From a virus (taxonomy: Duplodnaviria > Caudoviricetes), in the IMG/VR virus record IMGVR_UViG_3300031605_000700, positions 1 to 27,107 of that record: a DNA stretch of 27,107 bases. One strand, 5' to 3'. The position numbers and the translations under genes were made by a program. Shown here in pieces: positions 1 to 9,121 of this stretch (positions within the stretch are counted from its first letter, which is position 1; the number at the start of each line of letters is the position of its first letter). The notes under the pieces are model-generated. The model was not told the DNA's origin. It saw only the letters and a list, made by a program, of their open reading frames with translations, and did no database searches.

Positions 1-671
1 ATTAATGATAATATTTTAGCAGAACCTTCCATCATTTTTAGTTCACCAAATGCAAAGGTACAAGCAAATGAAACATAGAACCTTAATCCTTCTAATATAT
101 TAACGTTTGCCATTGCTAGATATAGTTTTTTCTTTAATACTCTTGTTGAGCCTTTACCATTAACGTCCCATTGTTTTGCGTATTCAATAAAGTCGTCATA
201 ATATTTTGTAACTGATGTTGCTCTTTTTAATATTTGTTCTTCGTCTACAATTTTGTCTAATACGTCACTTGGATTTGGATATACATTTTTAATAATGTGT
301 GTATATGCTCTCGAGTGTATAGTTTCAAAGAAGTCCCAAGTAACAATACAACTTTCTAACTCAGGTAATGAACAGTATGGTAAAAATGCAATTACTGGAC
401 CTCGTCCTTGTACACTATCTAATAGTGTTTGATATTTTAAATTTGCTGTGAATATATGTTTTTGTTCAGGTCTGAACTGTGCAAAGTCTGATCTGTCTTT
501 TTGTAAACTAACTTCCTCAGGTCTCCAAAAGTACCCTAGTTGTGTTTGTGTTAGTTTATCAAACACAGGATATTTAAAGGTGTCAAACCTTTGTACATTT
601 TGGTCATCACCAAAGAACATGGGTTGTTTAGTGAAGTCAACTTTAGACTGATTAAAAATAGTTTTACTCAT
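1..671 (-). CDS. nrdB: Ribonucleotide reductase class Ia beta subunit (5' part; runs off window start)
   Basis: Not in the ORF track. Manual translation from ATG 671: MSKTIFNQSKVDFTKQPMFFG...KYPVFDKLTQTQLGYFWRPEEVSLQKDR...NLKYQTLLDSVQGRGP...ETIHSRAYTHI...EGLRFYVSFAC, all typical E. coli/T4-type NrdB motifs. Directly downstream of nrdA. Confidence 0.97.
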   Translation of the reverse strand, partial: MSKTIFNQSKVDFTKQPMFFGDDQNVQRFDTFKYPVFDKLTQTQLGYFWRPEEVSLQKDRSDFAQFRPEQKHIFTANLKYQTLLDSVQGRGPVIAFLPYCSLPELESCIVTWDFFETIHSRAYTHIIKNVYPNPSDVLDKIVDEEQILKRATSVTKYYDDFIEYAKQWDVNGKGSTRVLKKKLYLAMANVNILEGLRFYVSFACTFAFGELKMMEGSAKILSL

Positions 672-686
672 TATAGTTGTATTTAA

Positions 687-3077
687 TTATATTGTGCAGG
701 CATCACAGTCTTCCCCATCATCAACAGTAGCAGTAACTTTTACTGTACCATTAGCATGAGCATGACCGTTCATAATTTGCTTATTTGACAATTCTAATTC
801 TACGTCTTCACCTTCCTCTTCTACTACTGCACTTAACCCTGCTGGTTGTACATCTTCTTCTTCACCTTTAAAGTCATATGTGTTTTGGTAGTATGAAGTT
901 TTCCAGCCAAGTTTGTATGCTGTAAGCATATCTTGAGCCATGATTGATAAAGGTATTTCGTTATTTTCAAAGTGTGTTGGATTGTAACTCCAGTTACCAC
1001 TAATTGCTTGATCAAAATACTTTTGCATCATTGCAACAATGTTAATATATCCTTCGTTGCTTGGCATATCCCATAGTAAAGTATAATCGTTTTTAAGTTT
1101 AGGATAACCTGGTGCAATTTGTTTTAATGGACCTTTTTTACTTTTCTTAATTGCCAATAATGCTCTTGGTGGTTCAATGCCATTAGTTTCGTTACTAACT
1201 ACGGAAGAACTTTCACTTGGCATTTGAGAAGATAATGTGGAATTTCTTAATCCGTATTTTGCAATATCTTTTCTTAATGCCTCCCAAGCATATCTTTGTT
1301 TATGTGGTATAATTTTATCTACTTCTTTTTTGTAATGATCAATTGGTAGTAAACCGTCTGCATATTTTGTTTTGTCAAATGCTGTACACTTGCCTTTTTC
1401 TTTAGCAATATCACAACTTGCTCTTAATAAATTATATTGGAATGCTTCAGACAATCTGTCAACTAATTCCCAAGCCTTTGGATCAGAGTACTTAACACCA
1501 TTTTTTGCTAGATAGTGTGCTAGTCCAATATACCCTATGCCTAAAGATCTTCGAGCTTTAGTGCTTATCTCCGCCGCTTTAACAGGGTATCTTTGATAGT
1601 CTATAATTTGATCTAATGCTCTTACTGACAGATCACATAAGTTATCTAGTTCACTTAACTCATTTAAAGTACCTACATTAATAGCGGAAAGAATGCAAAG
1701 TGCAATTTCTCCTTTTTCATCATCTATATGTTGTATAGGTGTTGTAGGTAATGTAATTTCTTGACATAAGTTTGACATTGATATTTTGTCTTTAAAACTA
1801 GAGTGAGTGTTGCAGTGATCAATATTCATTATATAAATTCTACCTGTCTCTGCTCTTTCTTTTAACAAGTCAAAAAATAAGTCTTGTGCCTTAACAGTTT
1901 TTTTTGGAATACTTTTATCTTCTTCATATTTTTCATATAAGTCGTCAAAGTCTTCTGTACCAAATGCATCATAAAGTCCTGGTGCTTGGTGCGGACTTAT
2001 TAAACTTATTTCTTTATCATTAATAAATCTTTCATAAAACAATTTAGAAATTTGTATTGAGTAATCCATTCGTCTTACTCTGTTGTCTTCTGTACCTTTG
2101 TTATTTTTTAAAACTAATATGTCTTCTATCTCTGGATGCCAAATTGGAAAGTGGACAGTTGCATTACCTCCACGTACTCCGTTTTGTGTACAACATCTTA
2201 CAGTTGATTCGAATTTTTTTAGAAACGGAATCACTCCTGTGTGTTGAACTTCCCCACCTCTAATTTTAGAATTAATTCCTCTGATACGTCCTGCATTGAT
2301 TCCTATACCTGCTCTTCTGGCAACGTATAAACCAATAGCCATATCACCCGAAAAGATACTTGGTAACGTGTCATCAATGTCAACTAAAACACAACTTGCG
2401 AATTGTCTAATAGGAGTTCGTACACCTGACATAACCGGAGTTGGAATATTAATTTTGTGTAATGAGATTGCGTCGTAATATTTTTTAACATAAGATAGTC
2501 TTGTTTTTTCTGGATAGTCAGCAAACAATGTTGCGGCTATCATCATATACATATCTTGAGGTGTTTCGTATAACTCTTCCGTGCTTCTGTCTTGTACAAG
2601 ATATTTGTCTACAACTTGTCTTAATCCTGCATATGTAAATTTTAAATCTCTTTCTCTTCGTATCCAAGTGTTAAGTTTTTTGATTTCTGTTTTAGAATAT
2701 AACTTTGTAATGTCTTTATCATAAACACCAAGTCTAACATTTCTTAAAATTAATTTTAGTAATGGCATATATTCGTATTGTCCGTGTGCTTCTTTTCTTA
2801 CACCATATAATAATAGTCTTGCCGCGGCATATTGGTAATTTGGAAACTCAAGTGATATTAAATCATTTGCTGAACGTACTAAAACGTTCTGAATATCTTT
2901 TGTAGTCATGCCATCATAAAATTGTATGTTGGCATTCATTTCTATTTGTGATGCCGAAACCCCAGTAAGGTTTTCACAAGCCTCTTCAACTACGAAATGA
3001 ATTTTGTTTACATCTAACGGTTCTTTTCTGCCATCACGTTTGGTGATTGAAATGTTCATTGTACTGGCAGTTGTCAT
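687..3077 (-). CDS. nrdA: Ribonucleotide reductase class Ia alpha subunit with N-terminal ATP-cone
   Basis: ITKRDG ATP-cone start, PTPVM, QFASCVL, QNGVRGG, SNLCQEI catalytic motif, MPSESSS, TSYY tyrosine pair, C-terminal CDAC. ORF is open to 3146; ATG 3077 is preferred because a TAAATA lies at 3122-3127. Confidence 0.98.
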   Translation of the reverse strand: MTTASTMNISITKRDGRKEPLDVNKIHFVVEEACENLTGVSASQIEMNANIQFYDGMTTKDIQNVLVRSANDLISLEFPNYQYAAARLLLYGVRKEAHGQYEYMPLLKLILRNVRLGVYDKDITKLYSKTEIKKLNTWIRRERDLKFTYAGLRQVVDKYLVQDRSTEELYETPQDMYMMIAATLFADYPEKTRLSYVKKYYDAISLHKINIPTPVMSGVRTPIRQFASCVLVDIDDTLPSIFSGDMAIGLYVARRAGIGINAGRIRGINSKIRGGEVQHTGVIPFLKKFESTVRCCTQNGVRGGNATVHFPIWHPEIEDILVLKNNKGTEDNRVRRMDYSIQISKLFYERFINDKEISLISPHQAPGLYDAFGTEDFDDLYEKYEEDKSIPKKTVKAQDLFFDLLKERAETGRIYIMNIDHCNTHSSFKDKISMSNLCQEITLPTTPIQHIDDEKGEIALCILSAINVGTLNELSELDNLCDLSVRALDQIIDYQRYPVKAAEISTKARRSLGIGYIGLAHYLAKNGVKYSDPKAWELVDRLSEAFQYNLLRASCDIAKEKGKCTAFDKTKYADGLLPIDHYKKEVDKIIPHKQRYAWEALRKDIAKYGLRNSTLSSQMPSESSSVVSNETNGIEPPRALLAIKKSKKGPLKQIAPGYPKLKNDYTLLWDMPSNEGYINIVAMMQKYFDQAISGNWSYNPTHFENNEIPLSIMAQDMLTAYKLGWKTSYYQNTYDFKGEEEDVQPAGLSAVVEEEGEDVELELSNKQIMNGHAHANGTVKVTATVDDGEDCDACTI

Positions 3078-3154
3078 AATGTTTATTTTTTCTTCTTTTT
3101 TTGTAATGGATTTTATATGCGTATTTATCGTATTCTGTTTTATCATGTCTAATT

Positions 3155-3220
3155 TTAATTTTCTATTTCTTTCTTACCTAGCCATACGGAATAAATCGTT
3201 CCGTCGTTTTGCTCGTTCAT
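3155..3220 (-). CDS. Putative 21-aa leaderless upstream ORF (MNEQNDGTIYSVWLGKKEIEN) in the nrdA leader
   Basis: ATG 8 nt downstream of a TATAAT box; stop at 3155-3157; no homology support. Confidence 0.3.
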   Translation of the reverse strand: MNEQNDGTIYSVWLGKKEIEN

Positions 3221-3228
3221 TTTATACT

Positions 3229-3257
3229 ATTATATAGATTAATTAATTTTTTGTCTA
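3229..3257 (-). promoter_or_regulatory. Sigma70-type promoter upstream of nrdA
   Basis: TAGACA-17 bp-TATAAT on the minus strand in the intergenic gap. Confidence 0.75.
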
Positions 3258-3306
3258 CCAGTCATATGGAATTTTTTTATATACAACTTAAGATTTTATG
3301 TTATTA

Positions 3307-4911
3307 TTATACGATAGATGTTACTTCTACATCCATGGTTGCATTTGCCGATGCCGAGGATGTTGCATATTTGACAATTACAGTTTTATCAGTAGAAGTA
3401 GAGTCCTCTCTACCAATTACAGCCGTTAGAGTCACGCCTGCGTCTCCATTGCTTTCTGTGTAATCGTCGTTGTAGTTTATTCCATTAGTAGATACACCAA
3501 TTGTAAATTGGCCAACTCTTACTGTTGTACCTCTTTCAATTTTATAATTTAAAACAATTGATTTACCGAGGTTACCTGAACCTGCTGGGTATTCAAGAGT
3601 AGTACTGGTGGCCGTTGATGTGTTGTCTGCTAATGTGATTTGTTTAATTTTATTTGAGTATCTTGCTATACCTTGAACTTCCGGAGCCATATTAAGTTCT
3701 GAACTATTATCTGTTCTTCTTAAATCTGTTCTTTCAAAAAAGTCTAATGTAGATGAACATTCATCAGCGTCAAATTGTAGTATAGGAACTTCTCTTATTG
3801 ATCCAATGCCTTCAAAATTGTTTGCTATATCAAGTGCATACCAGTTTCCGTTTGAATTAACATTTCTTGGATAAACTGATCCAGATGCATTCATAACCTT
3901 AATTGCTTGTTGTCCAATTGTACTCCAACTATTATTATTAAAATGAATATTTCTTGGACCTATTGTTAAACCGGCCGTTGTTCCATCTGTGTTTTCTCCA
4001 ATTAATGCACCATAGTAAGCAGTTGCAAAATCACAGTTGTGAAAGTTTACATTTGTAACGTCATAATCTAAATCAACTAGTCTAGCAAATTTTGTAAATT
4101 GACATTGATCAAATATAATATTAGAACATCTTAATGCATTTGTACTTTGAACTGTAACACCTTTTGAATTTGGAGCATCGGCACCACCTGCTGAATAAGT
4201 TCCTAGGAACTTACAGTTTCTAAAAGTTACTTGAGTAGCATTATCAATTGATACTCCACCTTTTGCTTCTCCGTTTTTAAAAGTAATTCCTTCTATTTGA
4301 ATTTGTGTTGGTGCAGTTGTAGTAATAGATCCAAATGTATTTCCGTTGTTGTCTTCTGTTATTGCAACAGGTGTGTTTCCGCCTGATTGATAAAGAATTG
4401 TTTTATCTGGACCTTCACCTCTTAAATGTGCATAAGGTGGAATCTTAATTGCTGTTGCTATATTGTATGTTCCTGCTGGAAAAAATAAAATTCTATGTGA
4501 ACGTGCATCTGCTTGATCGGTATCAGAATACAACTCTTCTATTGCTCTTTGTATAGCCACGACGTCTGCTGTTGAGCCATCTCCTACGGCTCCAAATGCT
4601 TTTACTGAAACATAATCATCTAATGATGTTTGTAGTGTTCTTGTAACGTCACCAGTAGCACCTGTTACGATTGGAGTACTATCACCTAGATAGCCTTTGT
4701 ATACATAAGTTAATGCTGTTGTAAATGCTGAAGAGCCTGAAGTTACAATTTCTGTATTTCCTATTGCAGGTGCTCCATCTGACACAGTACCGTTTCCGAT
4801 GTACAATCTTTGTGTGTCAACAGACCAACCTAATTCTCCAGCCGCTAATTGCGGTAGATCAGTAGCTTTTCCACGTCTGTGTTGTATTCGACTAATTTGA
4901 ACTATTGGCAT
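3307..4911 (-). CDS. Virion tail fibre/tailspike-like protein: N-terminal Mtd/hyaluronidase-type attachment module plus pectate-lyase-3-like beta-helix
   Basis: N-terminal RIQHRRG...LAAGELGWSVDTQRLYIGNG; SVKAFGAVGDGSTADVVAIQRAI...LFFPAGTY beta-helix entry motif; Thr/Gly/Asn-rich repeats; TAAATA 7 nt before ATG. Confidence 0.8.
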   Translation of the reverse strand: MPIVQISRIQHRRGKATDLPQLAAGELGWSVDTQRLYIGNGTVSDGAPAIGNTEIVTSGSSAFTTALTYVYKGYLGDSTPIVTGATGDVTRTLQTSLDDYVSVKAFGAVGDGSTADVVAIQRAIEELYSDTDQADARSHRILFFPAGTYNIATAIKIPPYAHLRGEGPDKTILYQSGGNTPVAITEDNNGNTFGSITTTAPTQIQIEGITFKNGEAKGGVSIDNATQVTFRNCKFLGTYSAGGADAPNSKGVTVQSTNALRCSNIIFDQCQFTKFARLVDLDYDVTNVNFHNCDFATAYYGALIGENTDGTTAGLTIGPRNIHFNNNSWSTIGQQAIKVMNASGSVYPRNVNSNGNWYALDIANNFEGIGSIREVPILQFDADECSSTLDFFERTDLRRTDNSSELNMAPEVQGIARYSNKIKQITLADNTSTATSTTLEYPAGSGNLGKSIVLNYKIERGTTVRVGQFTIGVSTNGINYNDDYTESNGDAGVTLTAVIGREDSTSTDKTVIVKYATSSASANATMDVEVTSIV

Positions 4912-4924
4912 ATGTTGTTATTTA

Positions 4925-5629
4925 TTAAAGAATAGACTTGTAGTATTGTTCCAATTTTGCATACCATTGGCCAACCCAATAGTCATAATTCTCTATTTCA
5001 AATGTTTGATATTCGTTAGCCTGGGTACATATAAACATACGTCCACCTTTGATTTGTGTGTCGTATTGTTTGTTATGTGCTTCTGCATAAGCAACTAACT
5101 GAAGGTAGTAATCGTCTACCCATTCTTTTTTCTTTAATCTACGTGACTGTTTGAAATCCATTATAGCAGGCTCACCTTTATACACACCAACCAAGTCAGT
5201 TGTTCCTGCATATAGTTCTGGATAATATAATGAAACTTCTGATCCCCATACTTCACTAACATTTTTTAATCCATTATCAATAATAACATTTGCCATTGCG
5301 TGTGCTTTTTGATGTATAAGATTAGAACCAGGTTTTCTTTCAATACCTTTTACGTGTTTTTCTAATGAGCCGTGCATCACTGTTCCTATGTTTGCTGACT
5401 CTGTTGTAATTTGTTGTGCTTTTGCTACCCCAATTCTTTTTCTCCATGCGTGTAAGAATGTCATGTCTTTAGTTGCTGACAGCACAGTGGTTACAGATGG
5501 TACTTGTCTGCCGTCAGGAGTTTCATAATGTCGTTTATGATTTTTGGTAACTCTAGCTAACTCTCCGTATGGAAACTTTTGTACGTATGCTATGCCTTTG
5601 CTTTTAAGAACGTCTTCAGTTATTTTCAT
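4925..5629 (-). CDS. PD-(D/E)XK exonuclease (MGME1/RecB-nuclease-like)
   Basis: PSVTTVL, GTVMH, E..L...YAGTTDL, MDFKQS, YYLQLVAYA motifs; lacks the four Cas4 cysteines. Confidence 0.88.
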   Translation of the reverse strand: MKITEDVLKSKGIAYVQKFPYGELARVTKNHKRHYETPDGRQVPSVTTVLSATKDMTFLHAWRKRIGVAKAQQITTESANIGTVMHGSLEKHVKGIERKPGSNLIHQKAHAMANVIIDNGLKNVSEVWGSEVSLYYPELYAGTTDLVGVYKGEPAIMDFKQSRRLKKKEWVDDYYLQLVAYAEAHNKQYDTQIKGGRMFICTQANEYQTFEIENYDYWVGQWYAKLEQYYKSIL

Positions 5630-6408
5630 TTTATACGTCTAGTTATTTCTTCTGCTAGTTGATTGTGTGCTTGTTGATTTACGTGTCCACCAGGACAAAA
5701 ATAAGGTGCTTCTGTATTATCTATTTGAGGAAAATTAATTGTTTTATTTTTAAGTTCGTAGAATGTATTTAGAAATGTATTATCAAAATTGTTTTCTTTT
5801 ATTATCTGATATTTTTTGTCAACGAAACTTTTAATTAATAATCTCAAAGAATTAAAAGTACCATTGTTAATTAAGTACCAATTCATAGTATTTTTATGAT
5901 TTTTTATATAAGATACCAATGTTATAAAAGTATTGTACCAAATAACTAAACTGCTGTAATCTGTATTGTGTGTAACTTTAAATTTAAAATATTTGTTTTC
6001 ATCACCTTCGTATGTTGCATTTGCTACAAAATCTTTCCATTCTCCATTTATGTATTCACACCAACGTTCTATTCCAGTAGGTTGTAGAAATATAATAGAT
6101 TCTTTGTCTGTGTTTTCTAAATAAAAAATAATATCTCTAGCAATTGATTGTAAACTAGTTCCACTTATTCCATGATTAGTTCCTCCTAGGATACCAGCAT
6201 AGGATTTTTGTTTTTGTTCTGTAATATGTTGACTGTATTCTTGTTTAGTAAGTTTTTCCCAAATACGAGGATTTCGTGTGTAATAGTCTTGCTTTTTTAA
6301 TTCGTTATAGTTATAAGGAGTAGGATAGTTATCATAATGTTGATAATCTAATAGTTCGTCACCCGCAGTAAAACTGTCTCCGAAAAAATGTAATTGGTAA
6401 TCGTTCAT
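5626..6408 (-). CDS. SGNH/GDSL-like hydrolase (esterase/acyltransferase-like)
   Basis: FFGDSFTAG block I, NHGISGTS block II, C-terminal GGHVNQQAH block V. Confidence 0.7.
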   Translation of the reverse strand: MNDYQLHFFGDSFTAGDELLDYQHYDNYPTPYNYNELKKQDYYTRNPRIWEKLTKQEYSQHITEQKQKSYAGILGGTNHGISGTSLQSIARDIIFYLENTDKESIIFLQPTGIERWCEYINGEWKDFVANATYEGDENKYFKFKVTHNTDYSSLVIWYNTFITLVSYIKNHKNTMNWYLINNGTFNSLRLLIKSFVDKKYQIIKENNFDNTFLNTFYELKNKTINFPQIDNTEAPYFCPGGHVNQQAHNQLAEEITRRIK

Positions 6409-6414
6409 TAATGT

Positions 6415-6443
6415 ATTATAAATTACATTACTGCGTTTGTCAA
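6415..6443 (-). promoter_or_regulatory. Perfect-consensus sigma70 promoter driving a leaderless SGNH transcript
   Basis: TTGACA(6443-6438)-17 bp-TATAAT(6420-6415); ATG 6408 follows after 6 nt. Confidence 0.85.
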
Positions 6444-7724
6444 TGTTTCTTCGAGATACGGTAATAGTTGGCGCCAGGTTGTGCGTCCTCTGTGCTTATC
6501 CTGTGTGTCGTTGTATCTTATAAAACTTAATTGAAGGTGTTTTCTTTCTTCTGCTGGTAGATGATCCTGTCTTAAATTTTTTATTTGTGTTTCATAAAAG
6601 TCTGTAATAATAGGATATTTTTTAAATTGTTCAGAACTCATTGCAAGTTTATCAGCAACACTAAATCTATATAGTTTTGGAGCAGTATCGTAATTGCAGA
6701 TACGAGGATACCAAACTTGAGACATCCAAGATACATCAACTATATTTTTTCCACCCTGTCCTACAAAGTTACCATCAGCAAAGTCTATAAAAAAACTTAA
6801 CATAGTATCTAATTGATGTATGTTCAACAGTTGTATAGCAGGGCTAAATGTTATAGAACCATTACCTAGTTTAACAGCAAGATTTTTATAGTAGTTTAAG
6901 TTCTCAACAACTTTATCAAAGTTACTAGGATATCTAATATACTCTGTAATATTTCCTATGCCGTCTAGACTTGCCCATATTTTCCAGTATTTCATTTTTG
7001 AAAACCATTGTGTCATTTTAGGATTAGTGTTGGTAAGATTAGTTACTATGGTTATATCTTTGTTTTGTAGTGTATTGTTTTTGTAACAATAATCTAATAA
7101 TGCATAGAACTCTGGTATAACAGTTGGTTCACCGCCAATGATTGTTAATTGTGTGATGTGTTTGCTAACATATTCTATCAATCTGTTTTTAGTTTTTTCA
7201 TTTTGAAACCATGTATATTCTACTGATAAATTGTTGGTCCAGTTATTAACATTGCCACTTTGTTTATAGACCCAAGTTAAAAAATCTTTGTCCTTCTCTC
7301 CGATTTGTAATATCTCTTTACCTATTTGATTTGAATAGTCCTGTCCACACATCTTGCATTTTAGATTACAGACATTACCAAAGTGCAACTCCATCGAGTG
7401 TGGCATAGTATCCATTGACCCATCTTCGTTAACATTTTTTATATTCTCTTCTTGATTTATTTCCAGTCTCATAGACTTGTATCCACGTGCTTCTTGATCC
7501 ACACATTTAGTACAGGCTTTTAGTACTTCTCCGTTCTTCATCTTGAGTCTAGCGTCCTTCATGTAGTTGCTGTTCCATGTTTTCTGCAACGAATCATTGT
7601 TCATGTGTATCCTGTTGCCTTTTTTGTCTGTAGCATTTTCCATAGTGGCACAACATAATCTCACTGACCCAGACATATGGACGTACTGATGTTGAAAAGG
7701 AAAAGCACAGTAAGTTTTAACCAT
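6423..7724 (-). CDS. Radical SAM protein with N-terminal twitch/SPASM-like Cys cluster
   Basis: CAFPF...LCC...CTKC, then CNLKCKMC, GGEPT, TNLT, ASLDG...YIRYP. Start at 7724 by TAATG coupling (ORF open to 7751). Confidence 0.9.
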   Translation of the reverse strand: MVKTYCAFPFQHQYVHMSGSVRLCCATMENATDKKGNRIHMNNDSLQKTWNSNYMKDARLKMKNGEVLKACTKCVDQEARGYKSMRLEINQEENIKNVNEDGSMDTMPHSMELHFGNVCNLKCKMCGQDYSNQIGKEILQIGEKDKDFLTWVYKQSGNVNNWTNNLSVEYTWFQNEKTKNRLIEYVSKHITQLTIIGGEPTVIPEFYALLDYCYKNNTLQNKDITIVTNLTNTNPKMTQWFSKMKYWKIWASLDGIGNITEYIRYPSNFDKVVENLNYYKNLAVKLGNGSITFSPAIQLLNIHQLDTMLSFFIDFADGNFVGQGGKNIVDVSWMSQVWYPRICNYDTAPKLYRFSVADKLAMSSEQFKKYPIITDFYETQIKNLRQDHLPAEERKHLQLSFIRYNDTQDKHRGRTTWRQLLPYLEETLTNAVM

Positions 7725-8722
7725 TAGTTTACTCCACACGTGTGATAACAAGTTTGTAAACGATACGCATCTTCTTTACCTTGTATACCATTTGCTAACT
7801 CGTTAAAGAATTCACCTTCTAGTATGTCTTCAAGACTAGTATGATTAATATTAATTTTTGTATAATCTTTTATAATATTCTTTGCTTCGTGTATTTTTAA
7901 ATCTCCTAGCCAACAGCAAGGACTGACATCTCCGTTTGCGGCTATGTATATTTCACTGCTACTATTATGAAAAGAAAAACAATTAATTTTTCTAGTTTGA
8001 AATGTATCATTAATTTTAGACTTTTGTGTGATATCTAGTCCAGGTGCTTTTGTTTCTCTAGTAACTTTTTCTAATTTGTAATCATTTATCTGTATTGATT
8101 CTCTTTGTATCCAATTACCATCACTATCAAAATCATCCCATCGTGTAGTATATTTTCTTCTAAATGATTCAAATCCTAATTTTTTTGATAATGCTTCTGC
8201 TTGATCTATTTGATGTTCGTTGTGTTTGAATATTAAAAAATCCCAATTTGCTTTTCCCCCTGCTAACATAAAAGATTCTACGTTGTTCATTAGTCGATCC
8301 CATTTAACATTTCTACGATATAAATGATTTGTATCTTCTAAGCCATCAATTGCGAATATAACTTCAACGTCTAACTTGGCCAATTCTTTCCAAAAGTCGG
8401 TAGCTCTTGCTCCACCATTTGTGTTTATTGATAAGTGAGCATAACCACACCTTTTTACATATTCGTAAATTTCTAAACATTCAGGATTTATTGAGCCGTC
8501 ACCTAGGTTGCCACAAGAATAAAATCTTTTTAATTGAGATAATACTTTAGGTCCTATACTATTTTTTATTGCTTCTAATGTAGTGTGTGAATTGTTAGTA
8601 ATATCTTTTATTAAATTTAAATTGAAATCAAATCGAGGACACATTGGGCAGGCCGCGTTACAATAGTTTGTCAGCTCTGCATTAATACTTTTTAAATTAC
8701 CAACATTAATGTATGAATTCAT
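7724..8722 (-). CDS. Radical SAM protein with C-terminal SPASM/twitch domain
   Basis: CNAACPMC, CGNLGD, NTNGG, FAIDGLEDTNHLYR, C...GDVSPCC...CYHTC. Confidence 0.9.
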   Translation of the reverse strand: MNSYINVGNLKSINAELTNYCNAACPMCPRFDFNLNLIKDITNNSHTTLEAIKNSIGPKVLSQLKRFYSCGNLGDGSINPECLEIYEYVKRCGYAHLSINTNGGARATDFWKELAKLDVEVIFAIDGLEDTNHLYRRNVKWDRLMNNVESFMLAGGKANWDFLIFKHNEHQIDQAEALSKKLGFESFRRKYTTRWDDFDSDGNWIQRESIQINDYKLEKVTRETKAPGLDITQKSKINDTFQTRKINCFSFHNSSSEIYIAANGDVSPCCWLGDLKIHEAKNIIKDYTKININHTSLEDILEGEFFNELANGIQGKEDAYRLQTCYHTCGVN

Positions 8723-8760
8723 ACTATTAATTATATTATATTATAATGGTAGTGTTAGTA

Positions 8761-9117
8761 TTATTTTCGTTTATTCATTGCAGACTTGGCCATCTGCTTA
8801 ACTTTATCTGTAGAGCCTTGATTGTCAAAATCCATCGCTGGATCAGTTTCTGCATCTTTTTCGGTTTTAATTACAATTTTTTCTTGGTCAAAGTCTTTAA
8901 CAACATTTTTAAGAGTTTTACCATTGTCGTGTAATTGTTTGAATAAATCGTAACTGAATGCTGGATAACCGGTGTTCTTCATTATCTCTCTTACAGCATC
9001 AAAACTAATCTCTGCAGATGTGTTTCTGTCATCAGCATCACCTTTAAGGTTTAATAAGGTATTAACCAATGCACTTTCTAATTGTTTGTCTGTATTTTTG
9101 AATTCGTTAAAACGCAT
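8761..9117 (-). CDS. Hypothetical phage protein (possible internal virion protein)
   Basis: 118-aa ORF co-oriented and 4 nt from the upstream gene; MRFNEF N-terminus. Confidence 0.75.
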   Translation of the reverse strand: MRFNEFKNTDKQLESALVNTLLNLKGDADDRNTSAEISFDAVREIMKNTGYPAFSYDLFKQLHDNGKTLKNVVKDFDQEKIVIKTEKDAETDPAMDFDNQGSTDKVKQMAKSAMNKRK

Positions 9118-9121
9118 GGAA

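Noticed and set aside
687-3146. Intron, intein or homing endonuclease in nrdA/nrdB
   Set aside because: ORFs are continuous and of normal length, with no splicing or endonuclease motifs in the visible parts.
3223-3240. NrdR box upstream of nrdA
   Set aside because: It matches the acaCwAtATaTwGtgt consensus only with an insertion and is explained by the -10 element.
4925-5629. Cas4 call for the nuclease
   Set aside because: The Fe-S cysteines are absent; motifs fit a generic phage PD-(D/E)XK exonuclease.
8730-8745. Tandem TATAA x3 upstream of the radical SAM gene
   Set aside because: Low-complexity AT sequence with no clear -35; cannot be told apart from chance or slippage.
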